A stretch of DNA of 64,000 nt, from the sequence record NZ_CP012741.1. The stretch is one strand, 5' to 3'. The DNA is from a plasmid. Under the pieces are notes generated by a model that was given only the letters and a program-made list of their open reading frames with translations, had not been told where the DNA came from and ran no database searches. The translations under genes were made by a program, and so were the position numbers. Positions 49,132 to 58,271 of the stretch are shown here, in pieces; positions within the stretch are counted from its first letter, which is position 1; every line of letters starts with the position of its first letter.

Positions 49132-50663
49132 TAGTTTACCCCCTCTAAGATTTGTTGATAGCTCGACAGTCTGTGCTGCTCTACCTTAGGGCTCTCCGCC
49201 CAGCTTTCATCTTTTAAGAACCTATCTTCGCAGTCGAACAGTGTTGGTAGGCGGCCTATACGTATCCCATCAAGCACGAACCTGCCAACAGTATCTTCTC
49301 TCTCCGATTTGTTGGCGATATTCAATAATCTCACCATGTAGAGGCTTGCCTCATCCATCGTAAGATGCGTATCAACGTACTGCCAGATTTGGCGGTAGTC
49401 ATCGCTAGGAAGCATCTGATCTCGCCACTGACATCCCCTGAACGCTCGTGGCTTCTTCATTAAGGAGCCAATAATATGTCTGTAATCAATTTGATGCCCA
49501 CGACGACAGGACTGGGTATGTACCCTCTCTAGACTTAAGGTGTGTTCATCATGGCAGTAGATTTCTAGTGTTTTGTCATAGAGATGAACACGGACGGTTC
49601 CGCCGATAAGGCGGGACGGCACTGAGTAAGTGACTCTCTTAAGTTGGATCGTACTTGTCGTCGAGACTTTCAGTACATGAACTGTGTAATTGACGCTGGC
49701 GAACTTTGGTAGTGGTTGTAATTGTCGCTGCTCGTCAATTAGAAGCGGCTTAGAGCGGCGATTACGTCGCTCAACGAGTTGTTCTACGAACAACTCGTAC
49801 TCTTCTTTTGTGTTGAAGTCATAAGAGCCTCGTATTGCTAAGGCTTGGCGGACCTGATTTTTTAGGTGGTTATTCGCACTTTCTATCGCCCCATTCTCAT
49901 GTGCGACACCGGTATTATTTTTCGTTGGCTTGAAGCCATAATGCATGGCAAGTTGTTGGAAGTTATCAGTAAACTGACGTTCACTGGTGTTATTTTTATA
50001 CGCAGCACTTAAGCTGTCCGTTCTAACCTCAAGCGGAACACCACCTGAACGTTCAAAAGCCCCTTGTAGCCCCGTCGCAACCGCTGTAAAGCTTTCTCCA
50101 CCATAAACAACCTCGGCATGGCTCCAGCCACTGGCAGGTAAGCGATAATTGAACAGGCGATGCTCAAGCGTTTCACCTTGTATCGTGACGGTGAAATCAG
50201 CCCAGGTAAAATCCATGATCCCTTGCCGTCCAAACTCCTTTTCCTGTCGAAAGATCACCTCCTTATCTTCACCATGCAGAAGGCGCCATTTACGGACACG
50301 ACGCTCTAACGTACGTCGATGTTTCGGTAAGAATACGTCGCTATGCTCTTCACATAAGTGATCGAAAATACCGACAGGGGTAATTGTCGCGCTTCGCTCA
50401 AGGAGCGGAACGACGACAGGCTCCCAAACTGCTTCAAGAGGGTCTTTTCGTGTTCGGTATTCTCTAGGTTTGAGTGGACCTAATTGTCGTTGGCCTGATT
50501 CAATGCGACGAGCAGAGCGCTCAGAGAAGCCAGCCTTAGCGGCAGAAGTGGTTTGTGTTTTGTCTTTACGATTAGCCATGTATAGCCTTATTTGTTGATC
50601 TGTAATTCGTTTTCCTGGCACAAAGCTTTCCAATAGAGAGTTTGTCCCAATGTAGCAGATCAA
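49131..50663 (-). CDS. istA: IstA transposase of IS21 (DDE)
   Basis: 510 aa with N-terminal HTH (TQTTSAAKAGFSERSARRI) and a DDE catalytic core. The track start is TTG, so the exact start is uncertain. Confidence 0.85.
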   Translation of the reverse strand: MICYIGTNSLLESFVPGKRITDQQIRLYMANRKDKTQTTSAAKAGFSERSARRIESGQRQLGPLKPREYRTRKDPLEAVWEPVVVPLLERSATITPVGIFDHLCEEHSDVFLPKHRRTLERRVRKWRLLHGEDKEVIFRQEKEFGRQGIMDFTWADFTVTIQGETLEHRLFNYRLPASGWSHAEVVYGGESFTAVATGLQGAFERSGGVPLEVRTDSLSAAYKNNTSERQFTDNFQQLAMHYGFKPTKNNTGVAHENGAIESANNHLKNQVRQALAIRGSYDFNTKEEYELFVEQLVERRNRRSKPLLIDEQRQLQPLPKFASVNYTVHVLKVSTTSTIQLKRVTYSVPSRLIGGTVRVHLYDKTLEIYCHDEHTLSLERVHTQSCRRGHQIDYRHIIGSLMKKPRAFRGCQWRDQMLPSDDYRQIWQYVDTHLTMDEASLYMVRLLNIANKSEREDTVGRFVLDGIRIGRLPTLFDCEDRFLKDESWAESPKVEQHRLSSYQQILEGVN

Positions 50664-50712
50664 CCGGCCAATCTAATTGTCGCTGAACCGGTCAGGCTAA
50701 TTGTCGCTCAAT

Positions 50713-51020
50713 AGCCAGCATCAAGACAGAGTATTCACTTTAGTTCATTGCACTTGCTGGCTGCGCTGAACCTTTCTTTTGTCATCCGACAGGAAACTAT
50801 CGTATTAATACGTATGAGCCAGTGGAATAACACAAAAAGCCATATTGAAAATGGAAAGAATCACTGACCACATTTCCGCTTCGCGGGCCTAGCAAGGCAA
50901 CGGGGCAAATTTTGTGCCGTTACCTTCTTGGCCAACAATAACACCTGGAGAAATCTTAAGTCCCCTTCTTACTCGCTTTGCTCGCGCGTTCTAGTATTCG
51001 TCGCGCAGCGACTCATGAAA
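50713..51020. repeat. about 310-bp direct repeat, copy 2 (see 33921-34228), abutting the IS21 left end
   Basis: About 90% identical to copy 1, with most divergence in the central 60 bp. Confidence 0.8.
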
Positions 51021-51106
51021 CACTAGGTGACGCCGTCACATTGAGCGGAATGAAAAAATGGCGAAATGCCTTAACACTTCGCCATCATGTCTAATGAGTC
51101 AAGTTG

Positions 51107-51544
51107 TCAACAAAGTTCATTTCTTGCTGCTATAGCCAAGAAATGACTTCTGTCTCGATAGAGGTCGCTATTCTCTACTTTACGATCGATTACCGCTAGT
51201 AACGATTCTGGTAGAGAAATATTGACCCTTTGGCTTTTTCCGCTGTATCTGCTTACGTCAATTTCTATCTGTAACCAAACATCACAAAAACGGTAGGCTT
51301 CATCTTCTCGATAAGCCAGTGCTCCTTGGTCTTCGAGTCCTAACACATCAAAGCCATCGGCAAGCATTTCTTCTAAAATACTTTCTATCGCTTCTGCTGA
51401 ATGTGCCGCTATCTCTTTACTGCTATCTGATGCGCTATAGCAGGAATAACGGTCATTACAAAGAGCTGGAACGACGATCCCGTAAGAGGAATCTTTATCT
51501 TTTGGTGTTTCTACACCCAATGTAAACCACATCGTTACCTCCAA
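51107..51544 (-). CDS. hicB: HicB-family antitoxin (RNase-H-like fold plus C-terminal RHH)
   Basis: 145 aa. C-terminal RVNISLPESLLAVIDRKVENSDLYRDRSHFLAIAARNEL is a CopG/RHH DNA-binding module. Directly downstream of hicA. Confidence 0.75.
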   Translation of the reverse strand: MEVTMWFTLGVETPKDKDSSYGIVVPALCNDRYSCYSASDSSKEIAAHSAEAIESILEEMLADGFDVLGLEDQGALAYREDEAYRFCDVWLQIEIDVSRYSGKSQRVNISLPESLLAVIDRKVENSDLYRDRSHFLAIAARNELC

Positions 51545-51553
51545 GTGCGCGGG

Positions 51554-51736
51554 CTAGATGCCCGCGTCTTTTTTGATAGAACGTACTGTGCCTATTGGTA
51601 AGGAGCCTTTCGGGTGAGGCACCGGAAATTTTTTACCAGAGATTGGAGATTTCCAGATCTGGTGACTTCCTTTGCCATGCCTTACAAACTCACATCCTGC
51701 GGCGAGTAGTTCATCTATTAGGTCTTTAGATTTCAT
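51554..51736 (-). CDS. hicA: HicA-family mRNA interferase toxin
   Basis: 60 aa, ...HGKGSHQIWKSPISGKKFPVPHPKGSLPIGTVRSIKKDAGI matches the HicA signature. SD GGAGG upstream. Confidence 0.8.
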   Translation of the reverse strand: MKSKDLIDELLAAGCEFVRHGKGSHQIWKSPISGKKFPVPHPKGSLPIGTVRSIKKDAGI

Positions 51737-51757
51737 ATTGCCTCCGACCTAACAAGC

Positions 51758-51781
51758 ATTATACACACGCGTGTGTATAAT
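51758..51781. promoter_or_regulatory. 24-bp perfect palindrome in the hicAB promoter (candidate HicB operator)
   Basis: ATTATACACACGCGTGTGTATAAT about 22 bp upstream of the hicA start. Confidence 0.55.
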
Positions 51782-51920
51782 GTAAAGTTCGTCTGTTATA
51801 TCTATTCTAAGTTGATTTATTTGTCATTTAACATGCTGTTTTTATTCAATAAAAACAGCATGAGACAAACCATGAATCTATAGAATATTTTTCTTGAACT
51901 CTTAGTTATTCAGCGTATAG

Positions 51921-52032
51921 TAATTGAGTAATTGAGTAATTGAGTAATTGAGTAATTGAGTAATTGAGTAATTGAGTAATTGAGTAATTGAGTAATTGAG
52001 TAATTGAGTAATTGAGTAATTGAGTAATTGAG
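51921..52032. repeat. tandem array of 14 x 8 bp (TAATTGAG) ending 1 nt before the parA2 start codon; centromere-like iterons
   Basis: Perfect copies. A second array of the same unit lies at 52881-52982. Confidence 0.85.
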
Positions 52033-52033
52033 T

Positions 52034-52669
52034 ATGGCTAATATTATTGCAGTTTTGAATCCGAAAGGTGGTGCAGGAAAAACCACCATTGCTTTACATT
52101 TATCTAGAGCGTTGAAGGAACACGGCTCTGTTCTTATGGTTGATTCTGACCCTCAAGGATCAGCACGAGACTGGGCTGAACAAGGAGGTGGTGATTCTTT
52201 TCCTATTGTTGGAGTTGACCGAGCAGGGGCACTTAAAAGTACGATACAGCAAATAGCGCCTTCGTATGACTGGGTTGTTATTGATGGTGCAGCTAAGCTT
52301 GAAGAAATGGCCGCTCATGCTGTGAGTATTGCTGAGCTTATCATAATTCCAGTGCAGCCATCCCCATTAGATCTGTGGGCTTGTGAAACTTTAGTTAGTC
52401 AAATTAAGCAACGTCAAATTATTACTGACGGTATTCCGACCGCTGCATTCCAAATCTCCAGAGCTAAAAAGGGGACGACTTTGGCAAAGGATGTTCGAAA
52501 AGTTGTTGCTGAGTATGATCTTCCTTTGCTTGATGGAAATATCCATGATCGCACCGTTTTTGCTAAATCCTTATCAGAGGGCTCTACTGCTATCGATGTT
52601 GAACCTAATGGTGCAGCGGCGTTTGAAATTCGTCACTTAGTGAAGCAAATAGTTAAAGGGTTTGAGTGA
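52034..52669 (+). CDS. parA: ParA-family partition ATPase (second par locus)
   Basis: MANIIAVLNPKGGAGKTT deviant Walker A. The track ORF begins at an upstream TTG inside the repeat; the ATG at 52034 is preferred. Confidence 0.85.
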   Translation: MANIIAVLNPKGGAGKTTIALHLSRALKEHGSVLMVDSDPQGSARDWAEQGGGDSFPIVGVDRAGALKSTIQQIAPSYDWVVIDGAAKLEEMAAHAVSIAELIIIPVQPSPLDLWACETLVSQIKQRQIITDGIPTAAFQISRAKKGTTLAKDVRKVVAEYDLPLLDGNIHDRTVFAKSLSEGSTAIDVEPNGAAAFEIRHLVKQIVKGFE

Positions 52670-52889
52670 AATGTTGAAGATAAAAAAAACAGGGGAAGGG
52701 CACCAACATCCACAAATAGAGGAGATTAAGAAGGTGATAACTAAAGAAGCTACAAAACGTTTAAATGCAGAACTACCCAAGAGTTTTTATTTGCAAGTTA
52801 AAAATTTCGCCGCTGAAAACGATATGTCTATCACCGACTTAACTAAGAAAGCCTTGACAGAGTTTATGTCTCAATCAAAAATTGAGTAA
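52662..52889 (+). CDS. small RHH (ParG/CopG-like) centromere-binding partner
   Basis: 75 aa, overlaps the parA2 stop (ATGA). C-terminal SITDLTKKALTEFM is RHH-like. Its last two codons and stop lie inside the first units of the downstream TAATTGAG array. Confidence 0.6.
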   Translation: MSEMLKIKKTGEGHQHPQIEEIKKVITKEATKRLNAELPKSFYLQVKNFAAENDMSITDLTKKALTEFMSQSKIE

Positions 52890-52982
52890 TTGAGTAATTG
52901 AGTAATTGAGTAATTGAGTAATTGAGTAATTGAGTAATTGAGTAATTGAGTAATTGAGTAATTGAGTAATTGAGTAATTGAG
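52881..52982. repeat. tandem array of about 12.75 x 8 bp (TAATTGAG) starting within the 3' end of the RHH gene
   Basis: Perfect copies, same orientation as the upstream array. Confidence 0.85.
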
Positions 52983-52990
52983 TCCTCTCA

Positions 52991-53221
52991 GTGCAATCGC
53001 CAAATCCCACTGAGAGGGCATCCGACCCTATAGGAGAGACCAAGATGCAAGTGAATTGTAGCATTAACCACACCCTAAACCAAAGCGCTACTAACGAAGA
53101 ACTCGATATGTTGCTCAGTCTGATGAAGCGCAACTACTTTCGTCCCAACCAGCAAGAAGTGATTGCTGCCTTTGTTGGTCGACAAGCCATTAAAAACTTC
53201 CTGGAAGAGTTCGAGCATTAA
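52991..53221 (+). CDS. hypothetical small protein
   Basis: 76-aa ORF, possibly starting at the internal MQVNCS. No motif. Confidence 0.3.
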   Translation: MQSPNPTERASDPIGETKMQVNCSINHTLNQSATNEELDMLLSLMKRNYFRPNQQEVIAAFVGRQAIKNFLEEFEH

Positions 53222-53894
53222 CTTGTTATATAGAATGCCACTCCGTGGTGGTGATTAGATACAATATGTTAAATAGAGGAATTTGCCCTGACTTTTGCCG
53301 CTTAGGGAGCAGACCGAGCGACAACCTGGTGAAAGTAGGGGCTTTCCTCTCTAAGAACCCTCAAAACCATTCTGAAAGTTAATTACAGTTTTTGGCCAAA
53401 TGTTAATTGATTGTGATGCGTTTTCATTTCGTCGTGATCTTGTCTCTTAATCCCCAAAATGATCGGTTTTCCTTTCTATTTGATAGGGCTTCAAAATGAA
53501 ACTCGGATGTAAGTCGTTTTTGGACATAAACGTGTTTATAGTTTGCTCTATTTGGTCTGATAGGTATTAGAAAAAGTATGGATATTGCCTCTATGAAGTA
53601 CTTTTTGGGATACAAAAAGACCGCCACGATGGACGGCCATTTAACAACACCCAGATCAGTATAAGTCTGATTTTTTCGTTCAGTATCTTTATGAGAATAG
53701 CTAACGCGTGTGTACAACCTTGCAACTTTCATCGATGGGCAGCCAAATAAGGTATAGCTCATTTGAGCTAGTGCATAACGTTAAAATGTATAATAAAACA
53801 CAAAAACTATACACGATGCGTTAGATATGTATAATTTAAGGGGATATTTATACATTAACTTGTCGCCAAGTATAAAAAAGGAAGCAATTTAGCT

Positions 53895-54974
53895 ATGTCT
53901 ACACGCATTGCGCCATTGCCACTGGCCAACATTGAACAATGGGAAACCCGTGCGGTGCTAAAAAAAGCGGCTGAAGCACATCGTTACTTGGCCGAGCTAA
54001 AAGGGGTAGCGGCAAGTATTCCCGATGAGGCCATTTTAATCAACACATTGTCCTTGCAAGAAGCAAAAGATAGCTCTGAAGTTGAAAACATCGTCACCAC
54101 CCATGATGAGCTCTACAAAGCAAATCTTTTTGAAGAGGCCATTACCAACCCCGCAACCAAAGAAGTGCAAAACTACGCTTTTGCATTAAAACAAGGCTTT
54201 CACAGTGCACGGCAAAGTAAGCTCATTCGCTTAAGCGATATTCTCGCTATTCAACAAAATCTTGAGTACAGCACCGCGGGGTTACGTAAGTTACAGGGAG
54301 CTGATTTGAAAAATGCACGGACTGACGAAGTGGTGTACACTCCACCACAACATGCTGAGGACATTACCTACTTGATGGATAACCTCGTGCAGTTTATCAA
54401 TAATGATGAACTGTGCGACGCCGATCCGCTGGTAAAAATGGCGATTATCCACCATCAGTTTGAAAGTATTCACCCATTTTACTATGGCAATGGATGCACT
54501 AGTCGTATCATCAACATTCTGTATTTGGTCACTAAAGATCTACTCAATTTACCCGTGTTGTATTTAAGCCGTTTTATTATTCATCACAAAGCAGAGTACT
54601 ACGCTAACTTACAAGCAGTACGTGATACCGGCAATTGGGAACCTTGGTTATTGTTTATGCTTGATGACATTATCGAAACTGCGCAAAATACCATTTCGTT
54701 GATCACCGAAATGAAAACTCTAATGTCGAATGTCAAATACGGTATTCGCGAGCAACTCCCCAAGCTTTATAGCCAAGATTTACTCAATAACCTGTTTAAC
54801 CATCCCTACACAAAAATAGACTTTATTGTTGAAGAACTCGGTGTAACGCGTATTACCGCCACTAAGTACTTAGAACAACTAGTCGAGCACGGCTTTTTAA
54901 TGAAGCAGAAAGTTGGTCGTGTCAATTACTACATCAACCAGCCACTGTGCCAATTATTAATCGTACACAGCTAA
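53895..54974 (+). CDS. Fic/DOC-family protein with a degenerate active-site motif and a C-terminal winged-helix domain
   Basis: HPFYYGNGCTSR in place of canonical HPFx[D/E]GNGRxxR. C-terminal VTRITATKYLEQLVEHGFLMKQKVGRVNYY is HTH-like. Lies 25 bp upstream of hsdM. Confidence 0.75.
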   Translation: MSTRIAPLPLANIEQWETRAVLKKAAEAHRYLAELKGVAASIPDEAILINTLSLQEAKDSSEVENIVTTHDELYKANLFEEAITNPATKEVQNYAFALKQGFHSARQSKLIRLSDILAIQQNLEYSTAGLRKLQGADLKNARTDEVVYTPPQHAEDITYLMDNLVQFINNDELCDADPLVKMAIIHHQFESIHPFYYGNGCTSRIINILYLVTKDLLNLPVLYLSRFIIHHKAEYYANLQAVRDTGNWEPWLLFMLDDIIETAQNTISLITEMKTLMSNVKYGIREQLPKLYSQDLLNNLFNHPYTKIDFIVEELGVTRITATKYLEQLVEHGFLMKQKVGRVNYYINQPLCQLLIVHS

Positions 54975-54999
54975 AGCGTATTTTTAGATAGAGAACATT

Positions 55000-56595
55000 A
55001 TGACCAACAATGACATAGTCCAAAAACTCTGGAACTTGTGTGACGTACTACGTGACGACGGGATTAACTACAGTGATTATGTTACCGAGCTGGTACTGCT
55101 GCTGTTCATCAAAATGGTGCATGAAAACACCGAAGCAGGCACGCTAAAAAAACACCCGTTACCAGAAGGCTGCCGATGGATAGACATCAACAAAAAATCT
55201 GGCGTAAACCTGCTCAATGATTACAAAGATATTTTATTAGCTTTGTCTACGGGTAAACGCTCTGAAGCAGATCCAAAAGAGCCGGGAAAAACCATCGAGG
55301 TTCAAATTCACGATGACTCTCTCATCAGCGCCATTTATGTAGATGCCCAAACCCGCCTGCGAGAGCCGCGTCACCTAGAGCAAATGATTAAAACGCTGGA
55401 TCAAATCGACTGGTTTAGCGCGCAAAAAGATGGCTTGGGTGATTTATACGAAGGCTTATTAGAAAAAAATGCCAGCGAAACCAAATCAGGTGCAGGCCAA
55501 TACTTTACGCCACGCGCGCTGATTAACGTCATGGTGCGCTGCATCAAACCACAAGTAGGCGAAGTGATTCAGGATCCGGCTGCCGGCACAGCCGGCTTTT
55601 TGGTGGCCGCCGACCAATATATGCGTAACCAGACCGACGATTATTTTAACCTTGATGCCAAGCAAGTCGCCTTCCAAAAAAAACAAGCCTTTGTTGGAGT
55701 CGAACTAGTACCCAACACCCGCCGCCTAGCCCTAATGAACTGTTTGTTACATGGAATGGAAGGTAATGATGAAGGTGTGGTGCACTTGGGTAACGCTCTA
55801 GGTGATGCAGGTAAAAATCTAAAAAGAGCCAATATTATTTTGGCCAACCCACCGTTTGGTACCAGTAAAGGCGGCGAAGCCAGCAACACCCGTGATGACT
55901 TAACCTATAAAACCAGCAACAAACAACTGGCGTTTTTGCAGCATATTTACCGTAACCTAGAACCCGGCGGCCGCGCTGCTGTAGTCGTGCCCGATAATGT
56001 ATTATTTGACGCAGGCGTTGGCACCGATGTACGCCGAGACCTGATGCACAAGTGTAACCTGCACACTATCTTGCGCCTACCTACCGGTATTTTTTACGCT
56101 CAAGGCGTAAAAACCAATGTGTTGTTCTTTACCAAAGGCAGCGCGGCCGACAAGTTCCAGCAGGAAAACTGCACCCAAAATATCTGGGTGTACGACTTGC
56201 GCACCAATATGCCCAGTTTTGGTAAACGCACTCCCTTTGGAGACAGCCATTTAGCACCGTTTGAGAAAGTTTATGGCGACAATGCCGATGGAACCAGTAC
56301 GCGTTTAGAAGGCGACTGGAGCTTTGACGCTCTTAGTGTTGAGGCTTCTTCCGACAATGAAAACCAAGGTGTAGATAATCAGTTAGCTCAGTCACGCTGG
56401 CGCTGCTTTAGCCGTGAATGGGTAGCCAATAACAAAGGCGATTCGCTGGACATTAGTTGGTTAAAAGACAAAGACAGCGTGGATGTGACCGACTTGCCCG
56501 AGCCGGAGGCATTGGCGCGCGAAGCCAAAGATGAATTAACCACAGCACTAAGTGAAATTGATGAGTTATTGGCAGCGTTGGAAGGGGGGAATTGA
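55000..56595 (+). CDS. hsdM: type I restriction-modification N6-adenine DNA methyltransferase subunit
   Basis: 531 aa, N-terminal HsdM_N, catalytic NPPF (ILANPPFGTSKGG), AdoMet-binding region. Confidence 0.9.
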   Translation: MTNNDIVQKLWNLCDVLRDDGINYSDYVTELVLLLFIKMVHENTEAGTLKKHPLPEGCRWIDINKKSGVNLLNDYKDILLALSTGKRSEADPKEPGKTIEVQIHDDSLISAIYVDAQTRLREPRHLEQMIKTLDQIDWFSAQKDGLGDLYEGLLEKNASETKSGAGQYFTPRALINVMVRCIKPQVGEVIQDPAAGTAGFLVAADQYMRNQTDDYFNLDAKQVAFQKKQAFVGVELVPNTRRLALMNCLLHGMEGNDEGVVHLGNALGDAGKNLKRANIILANPPFGTSKGGEASNTRDDLTYKTSNKQLAFLQHIYRNLEPGGRAAVVVPDNVLFDAGVGTDVRRDLMHKCNLHTILRLPTGIFYAQGVKTNVLFFTKGSAADKFQQENCTQNIWVYDLRTNMPSFGKRTPFGDSHLAPFEKVYGDNADGTSTRLEGDWSFDALSVEASSDNENQGVDNQLAQSRWRCFSREWVANNKGDSLDISWLKDKDSVDVTDLPEPEALAREAKDELTTALSEIDELLAALEGGN

Positions 56596-58256
56596 TGACA
56601 ACTCCTTTTCCCAAAGAGTGGAAGTCAGTCACTGGCTCTGAATTTGTTGTAGATCCGAAATCAGATATTGTTGATGGTCCATTTGGTTCAAATTTGAAAT
56701 CATCTGAATATATAGACTCAGGTGTACCAATTGCTCGAATTCAAAATGTAAAAAGGTTTAACTTTATTGACAAAAACATAAGGTTTGTTAGTGAAGAAAA
56801 AGCTGAAGAGCTTCAAAGGCACAGTTTTGCATGCGGCGATATTTTAATAACTAAGCTTGGTGATCCTTTAGGCTTGGCCTGCGAGGTCCCAGAATCCTTT
56901 GAATATGGAATTATTGTTGCTGATTTAGTTCGTCTAAGACCAAATCTAGGAGTTTGCTTCAAATCTTATCTTACCTACTTATTAAACTCCGAGATTGTAA
57001 TTAAACAAATCGAATTACATGTTAAGGGAACTACTCGACCAAGAATTAATTTAGGTGTAATCAGAGGTCTGAGCCTACCTCTCCCTCCACTAGCCGAACA
57101 AAAAGTGATTGCTGATAAACTTGACATCCTTTTAGCACAGGTGGAAACCAGTAAAGCACGCCTCGAGCGCATCCCCGAGATCCTAAAAACTTTCCGCCAA
57201 TCCGTCCTTGCCGCCGCCGTGAGTGGCAAATTGACCAAAGAGTGGCGTGAAGGGAATGAGGTTTCAATTGAAAGCTGGGTTTCGACCAATATAGGAGAAT
57301 TAGCGCAGGTAGCTACTGGCAAAACGCCAAAAAGAACTAATGCTGAGTATTGGGATGGTGGCAATATTCCTTGGTTGACAAGTTCTGCAACAGGATCTGC
57401 ATTTACATTTGAAGCGGAACAATTCGTTACAGAACTGGCAGTTAAAGAATGTACTTTGAAATTATTTCCAATAGGTACGCTTTTGTTGGCAATGTATGGT
57501 GAAGGTAAAACGCGAGGCCAAGTAACAGAGTTACAGTTAGAATCCACATGTAATCAAGCATGTGCAGCAATTCTTGTTGATGAAACAAAAGTAAGCAAAG
57601 AGTTTCTTAAATTGCGCTTACAAGAGAATTATGAAGAGACAAGAAAAGCAGCAGTTGGTGGAGCTCAGCCCAACTTAAACTTGAGTAAAGTTAGAGAAAT
57701 TACTGTAGAACTGCCGAGCGAACCCGAACAAACCGAAATCGTCCGCCGTGTCAAAGGGCTATTCGCCTTTATCGATCGTATCGAGCAAAGCGCCAATACT
57801 GCCCTTAAGCGTGTAAATAACCTCACCCAAGCCATCCTAGCTAAAGCTTTTCGCGGTGAGCTTACAGCTGAATGGCGCGCAGTTAACCCTGAGTTGGTCA
57901 GCGGTGAAAATAGCGCCGAAGCATTATTGGAAAAGATTAAGGCAGAACGCGAAGTGCTAAAAAAACAGCCTAAACTGAAACGTACCGCCGTAAAAAAAAG
58001 GACAGGTAGCATCATGAATAAACAGATCATCAAAGTTGTTGATGCCTTAAAAGAAGCTGGACAACCGTTAAGTGGTCAGCAATTACTCGCGGCAGCAGGC
58101 TACCCGAGTAATAGCAGTACAGACCAATTGGAACAGTTTTTTCTGGATATTCGAGAGGCATTAACTTCTGATAAATCCATTATTAAGCTTGAACGCAGTA
58201 ATAATAGCCAAGACTGGTTCGCTTTGGCTGAAACAGCCGAGACGAATAAAGCCTAA
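56592..58256 (+). CDS. hsdS: type I RM specificity subunit with a C-terminal extension of about 130 aa
   Basis: Two target-recognition domains separated by conserved central (LAEQKVIADKLDILLAQVE...) and distal (EPEQTEIVRRVKGLFAFIDRIEQ...AKAFRGELT) helices. Extra Lys-rich linker plus an about 90-aa tail. Start overlaps the hsdM stop (ATGA). Confidence 0.85.
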   Translation: MMTTPFPKEWKSVTGSEFVVDPKSDIVDGPFGSNLKSSEYIDSGVPIARIQNVKRFNFIDKNIRFVSEEKAEELQRHSFACGDILITKLGDPLGLACEVPESFEYGIIVADLVRLRPNLGVCFKSYLTYLLNSEIVIKQIELHVKGTTRPRINLGVIRGLSLPLPPLAEQKVIADKLDILLAQVETSKARLERIPEILKTFRQSVLAAAVSGKLTKEWREGNEVSIESWVSTNIGELAQVATGKTPKRTNAEYWDGGNIPWLTSSATGSAFTFEAEQFVTELAVKECTLKLFPIGTLLLAMYGEGKTRGQVTELQLESTCNQACAAILVDETKVSKEFLKLRLQENYEETRKAAVGGAQPNLNLSKVREITVELPSEPEQTEIVRRVKGLFAFIDRIEQSANTALKRVNNLTQAILAKAFRGELTAEWRAVNPELVSGENSAEALLEKIKAEREVLKKQPKLKRTAVKKRTGSIMNKQIIKVVDALKEAGQPLSGQQLLAAAGYPSNSSTDQLEQFFLDIREALTSDKSIIKLERSNNSQDWFALAETAETNKA

Positions 58257-58271
58257 CGCTAAGGAACGTTT

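Larger units (their letters stand above)
48318..50712 (-). mobile_element. IS21-family insertion sequence (istA + istB) with multi-repeat terminal inverted repeats
   Basis: istA and istB overlap by 1 nt. The ends are imperfect IRs, each with direct sub-repeats (left CTAATTGTCGCTGAACCGG / CTAATTGTCGCTCAA; right GCGTCAACTAGC / GCGTCAATTAGC...CCGGTTGAG). Confidence 0.8.

Noticed and set aside
51921-52982. Possible CRISPR array
   Set aside because: Unit is only 8 bp, perfectly tandem with no spacers, and flanks a parA/RHH cassette. These are centromere-like iterons, not CRISPR.
52864-53133. 89-aa minus-strand ORF with a LLNYSITQ tandem peptide repeat
   Set aside because: Artefact of translating the 8-bp TAATTGAG array (8 bp x 3 gives a 24-nt periodic frame). 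Not a gene.
53424-53762. 112-aa minus-strand ORF
   Set aside because: AT-rich intergenic region upstream of fic with low-complexity translation and no RBS. More likely promoter DNA.
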